64,000 nt of DNA from a candidate division FCPU426 bacterium (GTDB taxonomy: Bacteria; Oederibacteriota; Muellerivitia; Muellerivitales; Muellerivitaceae). A program made the position numbers and the translations under genes. Shown here one piece after another: positions 47,965 to 57,596 of the stretch. Where the stretch lies: positions 32,001 through 96,000 of the forward strand of contig CAWCKJ010000012.1 of NCBI GenBank assembly GCA_963796105.1, read 5' to 3'. The notes under the pieces were generated by a model. The model ran no database searches. It saw only the letters and a list, made by a program, of their open reading frames with translations, and was not told the DNA's origin. Position 1 is the first letter of the stretch. Each line of letters starts with the position of its first letter.

Positions 47965-49338
47965 TTAGTTATTTTTTTCACGATGATTATGTTCCAGCCA
48001 TTCCCTCAAGGAGGCATTTTCCGGGTCCATATCCAGTATCTTTTGGTAGGCTTCCATGGATTTGTCATAATAAATATGAGCAAGCTTATCCCATGCTGGC
48101 TTAAAACCAGGTTCCTTGTCGGTGGCTTTGATATATAGATCCAAGGCTTCCAGAATCAATCGTTCTTTTTCTTTTTTCTTTCCCAAGTCAAACAACTGGC
48201 GCGCACTCATATTCTCCTCATTTACTACCTTAAACTTAAGTAAAACAGGTTTGAGTCGACCCTTCGAGGATTCTGAACTGGCCGATTCGGATATGGAACC
48301 GGCTTGGCTGGAAACCTCTTTGGCGATTTTTGGTTTGTCATAAGGGGGGAAAGACATGGAAAGGGACAGGCGCTGGACATTTCCCAAATCCCCCTCGAAG
48401 GTGAAGGCATAATCCAATTGAAAATGTCCCAGGGCAGCTCCCGCGCCAAAACTCAGCCCGTTTACGTCTTCCAAGTTATTTTCCGTTAAATCAGTTGAAC
48501 ATCCCGCCCTAATGAAATATCTGTTTTGGAAAGCGTATTCGAATCCCGCCTTGAAACTGCTTACATTTTGGAATGAATTGTCCATCTCAGCTGTTAATAA
48601 CAATGTGTGACGGTCTTCCTGAGCCATAGCAATACGGTAAGCCACCCCCAGAAGCAATTCCAAAGGAAGATTGTAATTCCCGCTTTCCACGCCGATGTTT
48701 TTCAGGTCAAAACCTATGGAGAAGTTCGGTTGAAGCTTGGAGAGCAGGCCCAAATCCCAAACCATGCAGGAATATCCCGTCCCGCTGATGTCCTCCTTGA
48801 TCCATTGTGTTCTGAATCCCGCGAAAAGAGCATCCACTATCGGAAAACCAAAGGCTCCCCCGAAACTAATATCATAAGGATTGTAACTTCCAGATAAATT
48901 ACCGCTGGAATCCCTGTTTTCGATGGCCCCATAGTCAAAATAATTGACGCCGAAAGCCAATGTCCCCCAGTCAGGCAGTGGATAGGCGAATTCGGCTGTT
49001 TCATAATAACCGTCAGCCAGGTAGCTGTTATGGGAAAGGGATAATTCCGGATGCCAAATCTGAGCAAGCCCCGCCGGGTTATAGTGGTATGCCGATACAT
49101 CGTCAGCCACCGCGGTGAAACTCTCCCCCATTCCCACAGCCCTGGCGCCTACCCCGATCGAAAGAACAGGAAAAGCCGTGGAACTAGAGGAATAAATCGT
49201 TTGGGCGCGAAGCGATGAAAACGACAGGACAGCCCAAAAAAGAAAACAAAAGAAATAGGCTCCTGAAAACCCAATGAAATTCGGGGTAATGAAAATCAAT
49301 TTAAAATTTCGATTCGCCATCTTTTTCATACCGTTCAA
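47965..49338 (-). CDS. PorV/PorQ (FadL-like) outer-membrane barrel fused to C-terminal TPR
   Basis: GVGARAVGMGESFTAVADDVSAYHYNPAGLA family signature, alternating beta strands ending LDYAF...QRLSLSM, then a linker and TPR helices. Confidence 0.85.
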   Translation of the reverse strand: MNGMKKMANRNFKLIFITPNFIGFSGAYFFCFLFWAVLSFSSLRAQTIYSSSSTAFPVLSIGVGARAVGMGESFTAVADDVSAYHYNPAGLAQIWHPELSLSHNSYLADGYYETAEFAYPLPDWGTLAFGVNYFDYGAIENRDSSGNLSGSYNPYDISFGGAFGFPIVDALFAGFRTQWIKEDISGTGYSCMVWDLGLLSKLQPNFSIGFDLKNIGVESGNYNLPLELLLGVAYRIAMAQEDRHTLLLTAEMDNSFQNVSSFKAGFEYAFQNRYFIRAGCSTDLTENNLEDVNGLSFGAGAALGHFQLDYAFTFEGDLGNVQRLSLSMSFPPYDKPKIAKEVSSQAGSISESASSESSKGRLKPVLLKFKVVNEENMSARQLFDLGKKKEKERLILEALDLYIKATDKEPGFKPAWDKLAHIYYDKSMEAYQKILDMDPENASLREWLEHNHREKNN

Positions 49339-50591
49339 GGCCTTATGACCGCAAATTTCATTGGTTTTGTTTTATAGGTTCCGCTGGAAGAGATCATTTG
49401 GAGCAAGTAATAATAAATGCCATGGGAAAATCCGGATATATCCAGGGAAGTCGTATTGCGTCCAGAAAGGCCCTGAAATGGGAAGGTCGCGACCAATCCC
49501 AGACTAACGTTATATATCGAAACCTGTACTGATCCAGGTTCACACAAATCATAAGATAGATTGAGGGCATGGCCGTTTGCGGGATTGGGATAAACAAACG
49601 CCTCAATAATCCCCTGGCAATGGCTTGGGGTAGGCGTGGGAGTGATGGAAGGAGTGATGGTCGGTTCCAACCCACAGCCCTGCACAACCGTGACGGTATT
49701 CCCGTTAGCGTGGCTCACGAAAACATTTCCAAGCTGGTTCGCGGCCACCCCCCAGACATCTGGGATCAGGCAGGAATTCTTCACACTGAAATCCGGGTTG
49801 AACAAATCCATATATCCCGCCCCATTGGCATTGTTGCAATTCGACTCTCCTACATAAAAATTCCCCGCCAGATCCGTTCTGATTCCAGAGGGACAAAGTA
49901 CCGACACTACCGTGATGGGAGAAGGGTTCGCAGTGGTCATGTCGAATTTCACGATGTGGTCGTTATAGGTATCCGTCACATATAACCATTTCCCTACTTT
50001 GATTAATGCGTTTGGGCTGTTGAGAACTCCTGGGCCACCCAAAGTTGCCGCCGAAGTATAAACTGTACCGGAACCGGTATATTGATAGACGTAATTCTGC
50101 AAGGATGAGATATAAACGTTTTGAGAAACACCGCCTTGCATGTCTTCCACCCAAACACCTGTGGCGCTGACCCCGGCCCCAATCGGCCCTAAGTAGCCGT
50201 ATCCAGAATCGAATTTTTCGACCTCCATATTTTGAAAATCCGCGACATAAATGGATCCATGCCCATCCACAGCTACATCCCAAGGATATTTAAAGGAAAA
50301 TGAGCCTCCGACAGGGGGAAAAAAAGTGATGGGGCTGAATGAATTGCAGTCAAAAACTTGAATTTGTCTGGTTGAAGAACTCACCACATACAGGAGGTTT
50401 CTCCTGTAATCAATGGCCATTCCCGCCGGGCCCCCGAACGGATTTCCAGTTTGTCCGGAAATTTGGGTCAAACCCTGGCAGAAATAGTAGAGGGGACAAT
50501 AGGGAGCGGGGGTCGGGGTTTGGGAGAGAAGGGCCGATTGGGTTGTTCCCAAGATCAAGCCTAAGAGAATGGTCAATTTGATTTTATTCAA
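49335..50591 (-). CDS. Secreted NHL-repeat beta-propeller with C-terminal T9SS-tail/FlgD-Ig-like domain
   Basis: Signal peptide, PWDVAVD/YVAD/LYVTD repeats, a PT linker, and tail FVYPNP...VSIYN...GIYYY...KFAVIR. Confidence 0.82.
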   Translation of the reverse strand: MNKIKLTILLGLILGTTQSALLSQTPTPAPYCPLYYFCQGLTQISGQTGNPFGGPAGMAIDYRRNLLYVVSSSTRQIQVFDCNSFSPITFFPPVGGSFSFKYPWDVAVDGHGSIYVADFQNMEVEKFDSGYGYLGPIGAGVSATGVWVEDMQGGVSQNVYISSLQNYVYQYTGSGTVYTSAATLGGPGVLNSPNALIKVGKWLYVTDTYNDHIVKFDMTTANPSPITVVSVLCPSGIRTDLAGNFYVGESNCNNANGAGYMDLFNPDFSVKNSCLIPDVWGVAANQLGNVFVSHANGNTVTVVQGCGLEPTITPSITPTPTPSHCQGIIEAFVYPNPANGHALNLSYDLCEPGSVQVSIYNVSLGLVATFPFQGLSGRNTTSLDISGFSHGIYYYLLQMISSSGTYKTKPMKFAVIRP

Positions 50592-50701
50592 TGAACAATT
50601 CCCTTGCTATTATTTCTCCCCTGATTTTAGTGGCTCTTATGAATGATACCAGAAATACTTTTCCATATGTCGAATAGTTCCACTATCAAATGGACCTATG
50701 T

Positions 50702-51751
50702 TTATTCGCCGAATATGACTTCCTTGGATTGGAGATTTCCGCCGGAATTAACCGTCACGGTATAGGTTCCCGGACTGATGAGTTTTCCATTATCGGTTTT
50801 CCCGTCCCAGCTGATCAGATTATTCCCAGCTTTGAAATCGCCCTTGAACAAGAATCGAACCAGATTCCCGGAGGCGTTGTAAATCTTCACTTCGGCCGAT
50901 TGGACAGCATCCATGGGAAATGACAAAACTACGGGGAATCCCTCGTCGGCACTGATTTGAAGTACCGAACTGGTCGCCTTGGTCGGCACCGCGGAAGGAG
51001 TCTGGAACACCAGCAAGGACTGATTCGAATTCCCCGCTATCACAGACCCGGGAGAGGCGTGGTATGCCATTTGGATTTGGTTGTTGGTCGCAGTACCCTT
51101 GGAAGGAATCGCGATGGGCATTGGCTTCGCGGCTCCCAGGTGATCCGCTTTAGGCGATGAACTTGGAGCAGCAGCGGAACGGGCAGATTTCCCCATTTCC
51201 CGGTAACCGGATTTTTTTGTATTTGTTTTGCCTTTTGCTGTTAAATGGCCCCTTTTTCCTTTCAAAATAGAATGTTTCCCGGTCTTAACTTTCTTTTTAG
51301 TGGCGGTAGAAGGGACAACTTCTTTTTCGATCATTTTAGGGCCTGTCACGCCTTGATCTAATCCGGCAGCCGTGGAATTGGTTCCCGTTACGGCCGTACC
51401 AGCCATTGGTAGGCTTCCAGTGGACTGCTGGGTGGTATTGATTCGAAATCCGACATAAAGCAGGCCCACTACCGTGGCGATGAGCAAAATAGGCCTGAAA
51501 TTCCTGAAATAGGCAATCCAAGGGGAAGGCTTGTACTGTTCCCAAATTCCGTCGATTTTCGCGTCCAAACGCGTCGCGATGTCATCCACTCTCATGCCTG
51601 GGGCATTGCCCAGTCTTTCAGAAACGGCCTGGGTCACCTTCTCAGCGAAATTAGGGTCTTTCTTCATCAGTTCGTCGAACGCGGTCTGGGCCTCATCCGT
51701 GAATGAGCCGTCGAGATATATTTGCAGTAGATTTTCAGGTGTAAATTTCAT
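50702..51751 (-). CDS. Putative anti-sigma factor: N-terminal helical domain, TM, low-complexity linker, C-terminal FlgD-Ig domain
   Basis: ATGA-coupled to the ECF sigma. LLQIYLDG..T.E N-terminus, one TM, and VKIYNASGNLVR...WDGKTDNG...PGTY. Confidence 0.75.
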   Translation of the reverse strand: MKFTPENLLQIYLDGSFTDEAQTAFDELMKKDPNFAEKVTQAVSERLGNAPGMRVDDIATRLDAKIDGIWEQYKPSPWIAYFRNFRPILLIATVVGLLYVGFRINTTQQSTGSLPMAGTAVTGTNSTAAGLDQGVTGPKMIEKEVVPSTATKKKVKTGKHSILKGKRGHLTAKGKTNTKKSGYREMGKSARSAAAPSSSPKADHLGAAKPMPIAIPSKGTATNNQIQMAYHASPGSVIAGNSNQSLLVFQTPSAVPTKATSSVLQISADEGFPVVLSFPMDAVQSAEVKIYNASGNLVRFLFKGDFKAGNNLISWDGKTDNGKLISPGTYTVTVNSGGNLQSKEVIFGE

Positions 51752-52307
51752 GATGCGAACTCCTCCCAGCCCTTCGGGAGCTTTGTCCTGACCCGGTCGA
51801 TGATCTTTTTCCGGGCCCGGTACAGTACCGAAGTAACGGTGCCGATGGGTATCCTGAGGCGGTTGGCGATGGCTTCGTAGGAAAATCCTTTGATATCCCG
51901 GAGGGTTATGATTTCTTTGTCACGACCATCCAGGTTCTCTATTTCCTGCCTCACCATTTGGACCGCTTCTTCCGAATATGCGGGCTTCTGATCTATAGAC
52001 GGCATACTCGAAAAAAAATCCAAAGAAAATGGAAGATTTTTTTCTTTTTTTCCAATAGATCCCTGCAAAGGTTGACCGCGATATGGTTCAGCCAGGTGCC
52101 CAAGGAGCACTCAAAACGGAAGGAACCGAGGTTTTTCAAGGCTTTTATGAAGGTTTCCTGGAGAACATCCTCCACATCGGCGTCCTCCCCCAGAAAATAC
52201 CAGCAGGCGCGAATAAGGGGTTTTTTATAGGAATGGTAAAGGGCATGAAAAGCCATCTGATCGCCCTTTAATATACGATTCACAATATCTCGTTCGTTCT
52301 GAGCCAA
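51748..52307 (-). pseudogene. ECF sigma-70 factor split by a -1 frameshift between regions 2 and 4
   Basis: Region 2 (GDQMAF...EDVLQETFIKA...TWLNHIAVNLCRD) is in one frame and region 4 (LRDIKGFSYEAIANRLRIPIGTVTSVLYRARKK) in the -1 frame. The junction lies in A/T runs at about 52010-52051. Confidence 0.85.
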
Positions 52308-52456
52308 TGGAATTCCTCAAGATTTGATGAAAAAAGACGATTTTAATGAGGCCAAATTATACATGATTCGGGATTTCTTTAAACTTCCTAAAATAGACAA
52401 CAATAAGGTGTATTCCGTGATAATGGTCAAAAAGAGGCTCTATCCGGAAATATGGA

Positions 52457-53659
52457 TCAAAAGAAATAAGCGTTGATCGACAGGCCCGCGTCAAACCCGG
52501 AAAAATCCACCGTGGCCAAAGTGTCTCCGGCTGGAATCTTATCTGAGGGATCAAGCTTTAAGGCGCCGTTCGGCGACTTATAAAGCCCGGCGGTTCCTGA
52601 CCAAATGGAGGGATTATTACTGTTGGAAACAGTGGCGTTACCCGTTAGGCCCTTAAACGAGGCGTACCGGCCCCTGAGGGACAGTTCCAGGCCGAAACCG
52701 GGAGAAAGCATCCATTCGTAACCTATTGAGCCGCTGAGGCAAAAACTGCCTGCGGTCACATCCAGGGGCCCTTCGGTTAAGTCATATGGTGAGACGATGA
52801 TCAACTGCCCGAAATAATTGACAACCGCCAGGCCGTAACCAGCGGCTCCCTTGAGGAAGAATCGCCCGTCCTTTTGGTTCCAAAAATGGTAATAACCCAG
52901 TTCGGCCGTGAACAGGCTGGGCGAGGCGTCCTGGGCGAAATTGAAAGTCACTGGGTTACCGGAAATTGTCGTTACCGCGAGACCTTCCCCCGCGAAGGAA
53001 GTAAATTGGCCCCAGGCAAGATCCAGGGCCAAACCGTTGGAGGGATCCAATGGAATACCCGCCTCTAGGGTGAATAGATCCCCGCTGTTTCCAGCGTCAG
53101 CCTTTGCCACAGACTTGTAGGTCTTGTGCCAAGCCGGAACAGCTTGGTTGAAATCCCCCAAACTCCCATAGGCGTAACCGCCGTAGGCCTTTACCCAAAC
53201 TTGAGCCTTGGAAATGGGATGGGTGGAAACAACCTCGGTTTCAGCGCCACTCGCGCCGTTCACCGGCTTTTCAGGCTCAAACAGCGCTCCAGACAGCTTC
53301 TTGACGGAATCAGCCGGAGGCTTCGAGGCGATTTCTGGATTTTCAGTTTTCAATTCGTCCACGAATTTCCGAAGCGGGGCATTGGCCGGATGGAGTTCCA
53401 AACTTTTCTTGGCCGCCTCCATCGCTTGTGGGTCCTTTTGTAGGCCGTGGTAAGACTCTGCTAAGACATGGTAAACCTGCCAAAGGTCCGGTTGGAGTTC
53501 CAAGGCGTTTTGGCAGTATTGGACGGCCAGGTCATACTCGTTCTTCTCAAGGGCATTGACTGCGGCCTGGTAATATTGGCTGTAGGTCGCGGCTTCACCG
53601 CATGAAAATGTTAAAAGAATGGAGCAAAGGAACAAAAGAACTTGGTATTTTTTTATCAA
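52457..53659 (-). CDS. TPR + outer-membrane beta-barrel protein
   Basis: Signal peptide, TPR helices, linker, amphipathic beta strands and C-terminal aromatic ...GLSINAYFF. Confidence 0.72.
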   Translation of the reverse strand: MIKKYQVLLFLCSILLTFSCGEAATYSQYYQAAVNALEKNEYDLAVQYCQNALELQPDLWQVYHVLAESYHGLQKDPQAMEAAKKSLELHPANAPLRKFVDELKTENPEIASKPPADSVKKLSGALFEPEKPVNGASGAETEVVSTHPISKAQVWVKAYGGYAYGSLGDFNQAVPAWHKTYKSVAKADAGNSGDLFTLEAGIPLDPSNGLALDLAWGQFTSFAGEGLAVTTISGNPVTFNFAQDASPSLFTAELGYYHFWNQKDGRFFLKGAAGYGLAVVNYFGQLIIVSPYDLTEGPLDVTAGSFCLSGSIGYEWMLSPGFGLELSLRGRYASFKGLTGNATVSNSNNPSIWSGTAGLYKSPNGALKLDPSDKIPAGDTLATVDFSGFDAGLSINAYFF

Positions 53660-53733
53660 AGCGTTCCTGCCCTAATAATAAAAGCCGGTTTTCAAGTAAA
53701 AGAAAACCGGCTTTCGTTTTTATGTTAAGAAAG

Positions 53734-54219
53734 TTAGTTAACAACCGCCTCGGATTTAACCCGGTACTTCGGCCCGACCTGCACAAGGCCCTTGCAGCTG
53801 GGAGCCCCGCATTGGCACTTGAATTCGTAAGACCAATTCCCCACGTCGTCGGTTTCGGTGTAATTCCAACTGATTTCCTCGCCAGTGGGAATATCCCGGC
53901 AGGCCACCAGAACAATCCCGCTCACGACTTTGGCGCTGGGTTCACAGGAATGATTGACGAAACAAAGAGGGTCGCAACCATTCTCGTAATCGTGGAGCAT
54001 GATGAAACCGGGGTAGATATACATGGCATGGTCGATGTTGAGCTTGTCCTCGGGCACGACGCGGGTGAGGGTGCTGATCTCATCCTCGGGAACCACGATT
54101 CCCCCAAAAACGCCAATAACGTCCCCTTCCTTGATATCCCTGACCGCGTAAACTCCTTTTCCTTCCATTCCGCTTTGCCTGACTTCCACCGCTTCGCTGA
54201 CCCAAGGCTTTATTTTCAT
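53734..54219 (-). CDS. SET-domain protein-lysine methyltransferase with post-SET Cys cluster
   Basis: GKGVYA.RDI..G, FVNHSCEPS, GEEISWNY and CQCGAPSCKG. Confidence 0.92.
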   Translation of the reverse strand: MKIKPWVSEAVEVRQSGMEGKGVYAVRDIKEGDVIGVFGGIVVPEDEISTLTRVVPEDKLNIDHAMYIYPGFIMLHDYENGCDPLCFVNHSCEPSAKVVSGIVLVACRDIPTGEEISWNYTETDDVGNWSYEFKCQCGAPSCKGLVQVGPKYRVKSEAVVN

Positions 54220-54428
54220 TTGTGCTTGTATAACCGTCCTTGTTAACAGATTGATGGTTTCCCCGCCCTGTAGAGGGCTGGGCCCTTCTTGATGGGGGTA
54301 ATTTTATCGCAAACCCCCCGGGGGTTCATCGGTTCTTTGGGATTTTTTTAGGGGGTTTTTAAAGGGCTTTTGCCTAAGGAGGGGTGGCCACCATGGGTAG
54401 GCATATCACAGGGTGTCGGCCATGGCCC

Positions 54429-55127
54429 TCAGGCCAAGTATGAGTGACTTGGATCTTTTATTCCCGCTTCCCTGAAACCCTTCTCTCTCAATAGGCAGGA
54501 ATCGCATTTGCCGCAAGGTTGACTGTTTCTTTGGGGGTCATAACAGGAATGTGTGAGGCTGTAATCCACCTTCAACTTCAGGCCGGTCTTGATGATCTGG
54601 GCCTTGGTCATACGGATCAAGGGAGTATGGATCTTGAGTTTACCCTTCCCTTCCACGCCTTTCTTGGTGGCAAGCTTGGCGAGTTTCTCAAAAGCATGAA
54701 TGAACTCCGGACGGCAGTCGGGGTAACCGCTGTAATCCAGGGCGTTCACCCCGATGAAGAGATGCTCCGCGTCCAAAACCTCAGCCCAAGCCATAGCCAA
54801 TGATAAAAACACCGTGTTGCGAGCCGGAACATAAGTAGAAGGAATACCCTTTCCCATAGCCAGAAGGCTCCGATGCTTCGGAACTTTTATTTTTTTATCC
54901 GTAAGCGCGGAACCGCCGATGGTTGTCAGGGGCACATTTAATATTAAATGTTTCTTAACCCCATAGGCTTTGGCCACCTTTTTCGCCGCATTCAATTCCG
55001 CCTCATGCCTTTGGCCGTAAAAAAAAGAAAGAGCGTAGAGTTTAAATCCTTGTTTTTTCGCGAGAGCCAGGCAGGTGGTGGAGTCCAGCCCTCCTGAAAC
55101 CAAAATGACGGCTTTCATATTATTCAT
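54429..55127 (-). CDS. queC: 7-cyano-7-deazaguanine synthase
   Basis: [29 protein letters not shown] and SCY...CGKCDSC. Confidence 0.97.
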   Translation of the reverse strand: MNNMKAVILVSGGLDSTTCLALAKKQGFKLYALSFFYGQRHEAELNAAKKVAKAYGVKKHLILNVPLTTIGGSALTDKKIKVPKHRSLLAMGKGIPSTYVPARNTVFLSLAMAWAEVLDAEHLFIGVNALDYSGYPDCRPEFIHAFEKLAKLATKKGVEGKGKLKIHTPLIRMTKAQIIKTGLKLKVDYSLTHSCYDPQRNSQPCGKCDSCLLREKGFREAGIKDPSHSYLA

Positions 55128-55142
55128 CTATCCCTCTTTGGT

Positions 55143-55799
55143 TCATCTTCCTTTGGTTTCATCCGGCCAAACGTACTTATGCATTTGCAATTGGAACCTC
55201 ACGGGCAGGCGGTCCACCGTGATCCACTCAGCCAAATCGGATGGTTTAAGTGTCTTATATACCGCTGAAAAAAGAATATCGAATTTTCCCGGCAATCCCC
55301 TTCCGAGAACTATCCCCTTGGACCAATCGTAGTCAACCCTATCCCGAATAACGAATTTAATCTCATCCTGTCCCGGAATTAGTTTACCCAGGTTTTCCCA
55401 CAAGTTCCGTGATTCCATGCCGGAACCAGGGCACTTGAGATCCATGATCTTGACGACTTGGCGGGGGACCCTTCCCAGATCCGCCCCCCCGCTGGTTTCA
55501 AGAAGCACTTGGAAGCCCTTTCGGATCAGGGTTTCCATCAGGGGATAAACACCCTCTTGCTCCAGGGGTTCCCCTCCCGTGATTTCCACCAGCTTGATCA
55601 CATAGGAATCCACTTGGGACAAAATGTCTTCAAGATTCTTTTCCTGCCCCTCGTAAAAGGCGTAAGCCGTGTCGCACCAAACGCACCTTAAGGAGCATCC
55701 TGTCAGCCTCACGAAGACGCAGGGAAGCCCCGCCCAGGTGGACTCGCCCTGGAGGCTGAGGTAGATTTCATTGATTTTAAGTGTAGCGGACAGTCCCAT
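55143..55799 (-). CDS. queE: 7-carboxy-7-deazaguanine synthase (radical SAM)
   Basis: SLQGE, FVRLTGCSLRCVWCDT, ITGGEP and LQMHK. Adjacent to queC. Confidence 0.95.
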   Translation of the reverse strand: MGLSATLKINEIYLSLQGESTWAGLPCVFVRLTGCSLRCVWCDTAYAFYEGQEKNLEDILSQVDSYVIKLVEITGGEPLEQEGVYPLMETLIRKGFQVLLETSGGADLGRVPRQVVKIMDLKCPGSGMESRNLWENLGKLIPGQDEIKFVIRDRVDYDWSKGIVLGRGLPGKFDILFSAVYKTLKPSDLAEWITVDRLPVRFQLQMHKYVWPDETKGR

Positions 55800-55993
55800 A
55801 TCGATAGCATCTTCTTTAATCGTAATAGCGGCAGATTAACCCAGCTATACAGGAATATTCAAATACTAAAGGAGGGTTTTACTCGAGTTTTCAAGGAAGA
55901 TCAAAAGAATCAAAACACAATCTTTTCATTCGGCATATGTCAAAATGAAGGGCTAATAGAATTTAGAAAAGTCAGCTTTTGAGCAATCTATGA

Positions 55994-57484
55994 TCAGTAA
56001 CAATACCCGGCGTAGATGACGCCCTGGCTGGTGCTAGAAGTCGGCGGGGGAGTTGGAACAGGCGTCATTAACAGATTCAGGTAAGGATTTGGCATGACGG
56101 CTCCCCCTCCTTCCCAAGATACAAGCGCAGTGGATCCACTCGCGGCTTGTAAAAATATCGTGGGATTAATGGTTACGGCGCAAGCCAGCCAATAAGTCCC
56201 CGCCGGAAGGTTGACGCTCGGAATCACGGGAATATCGTTGATTCCAACAACCAGGCTTTGAGGCTGGGACTCCCAAATCAGGTTCATTGGATAACCGCTG
56301 GAATAATTGGAATAGATTCCCAGGTAACCTGCGTCGGGGCTGGCCATATCCACTGAAATCATGGAGACCGAAGCGCTTTGGGCGATGGTGTATTGTTGGG
56401 CCACCGTTGAAGCGGTGAAGGATACTGAGCCGCTTCCTGTAATTGGATCCCCGAATACCGCGTTGGAGGTACAAGGCCCGACCGTAATGGTGGGCGTCAG
56501 AGTGAGAGTATTTGTTATGGTCATAGTCTGTGTCGGCGTCATTGAACTAGTGGGGGTATTAGGCAAGGTACCGGTTAATGTGGCAGTAAGGGTGGCAGTG
56601 ATCGTCGAAGTCTTCGTGGGAGTGGCGGTAATCGTCAGGGTCATTGTTTGCGTCGGCGTATCTGATGAAGTGCTGGTAGTTGTCGCTGTCAGTGTTGCCG
56701 TCCGAGTATTGGTGGAAGTTTTGGTAGCGGTCATGGATGTCGAAGAAGTTGGGGTGGGTGTGGGGGTGATCGTTGGTGTCAAAGTCACCGTGGGGGTCGG
56801 GGTGCTGGAAGGCGTATCGGTTGAGGTGTTGGTCCAAGTGGCTGTGAAGGTGTCAGTAGGTGTGAAGGATAAAGTCGGGGTCGACGTATCCTGGGGAGTA
56901 TAAGTCGGCGTTACAGTCGGGGTGTAGGTGGGGGTATTGGTTGGCGTGGTGGTCATGGTGGAGGAAAAAGTGTCCGTGAAAGTTGGAGTCACAGTTTGAG
57001 TCGCGGTAGCAGTTTCGGTGAATGTTAATGAACTCGTCGGTGTCAATGTATTAGTTAGCGCCATTGTGTATGTAGGCGTAGAAGTTACCGTTGGGGTCTC
57101 AGACCACGTTGGAGTCGGAGGCGGAGGAGTAGGGGTATCCGTGGGAAATAGGGTCACTGGCTGGGTGGGTGTCAAGGTTATGGTATAAGTTGGTGAAAGG
57201 GTTGGACTGAATGATGGGGTATCCGTGGAAATTAAGGTTATTGGCTGTGTTGGGGTTAGCGTTGGGGTAAAAGTCGGGGTGTTTGATGGTGTCGAGGAGA
57301 ATGTAGGACTCCCTGTGGGCGAAAGGGTCCCCGTTAAGGTGAATGTTGGTACAAGAGTCGGTACTGGATTGGGGGCTAATGGCAAAGGCGCCCGCTGGCA
57401 TCCCCAAAAACCCAGAATGGCCCAGGCATAACAAGTAATGAATCTATACAAAAACCTCACAAAACCCTCCCAGAGATAATTCAA
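55994..57484 (-). CDS. Thr/Pro-rich (mucin-like) surface lipoprotein with small C-terminal beta domain
   Basis: Lipobox-like ILGFWGC, about 300 aa of (T/S)P/TxT repeats, and a globular C-terminus. Confidence 0.75.
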   Translation of the reverse strand: MNYLWEGFVRFLYRFITCYAWAILGFWGCQRAPLPLAPNPVPTLVPTFTLTGTLSPTGSPTFSSTPSNTPTFTPTLTPTQPITLISTDTPSFSPTLSPTYTITLTPTQPVTLFPTDTPTPPPPTPTWSETPTVTSTPTYTMALTNTLTPTSSLTFTETATATQTVTPTFTDTFSSTMTTTPTNTPTYTPTVTPTYTPQDTSTPTLSFTPTDTFTATWTNTSTDTPSSTPTPTVTLTPTITPTPTPTSSTSMTATKTSTNTRTATLTATTTSTSSDTPTQTMTLTITATPTKTSTITATLTATLTGTLPNTPTSSMTPTQTMTITNTLTLTPTITVGPCTSNAVFGDPITGSGSVSFTASTVAQQYTIAQSASVSMISVDMASPDAGYLGIYSNYSSGYPMNLIWESQPQSLVVGINDIPVIPSVNLPAGTYWLACAVTINPTIFLQAASGSTALVSWEGGGAVMPNPYLNLLMTPVPTPPPTSSTSQGVIYAGYCY

Positions 57485-57596
57485 ACATGTTCATCAATAT
57501 AGTGGTGAACAAGTGATGTTTATTCCTATTAATCATGTCTTTTTTTAAAGGATTTTCTAGTTTAACATAACAATAGGGACCCTGGTCCCGATCGGC

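Noticed and set aside
54429..55799. queC/queE as an anti-phage (Qat/Dpd-type) or DNA-modification system
   Set aside because: Both look like canonical queuosine-pathway enzymes, with no dpdA, TatD, ATPase or nuclease neighbours.
55800..55990. preQ1 riboswitch upstream of queE
   Set aside because: No recognisable preQ1 stem-loop with an A-rich tail was found by eye. An Infernal search would settle it.
56361..56903. Val/Gly-rich plus-strand ORF
   Set aside because: Antisense mirror of the Thr/Pro-rich lipoprotein codons.
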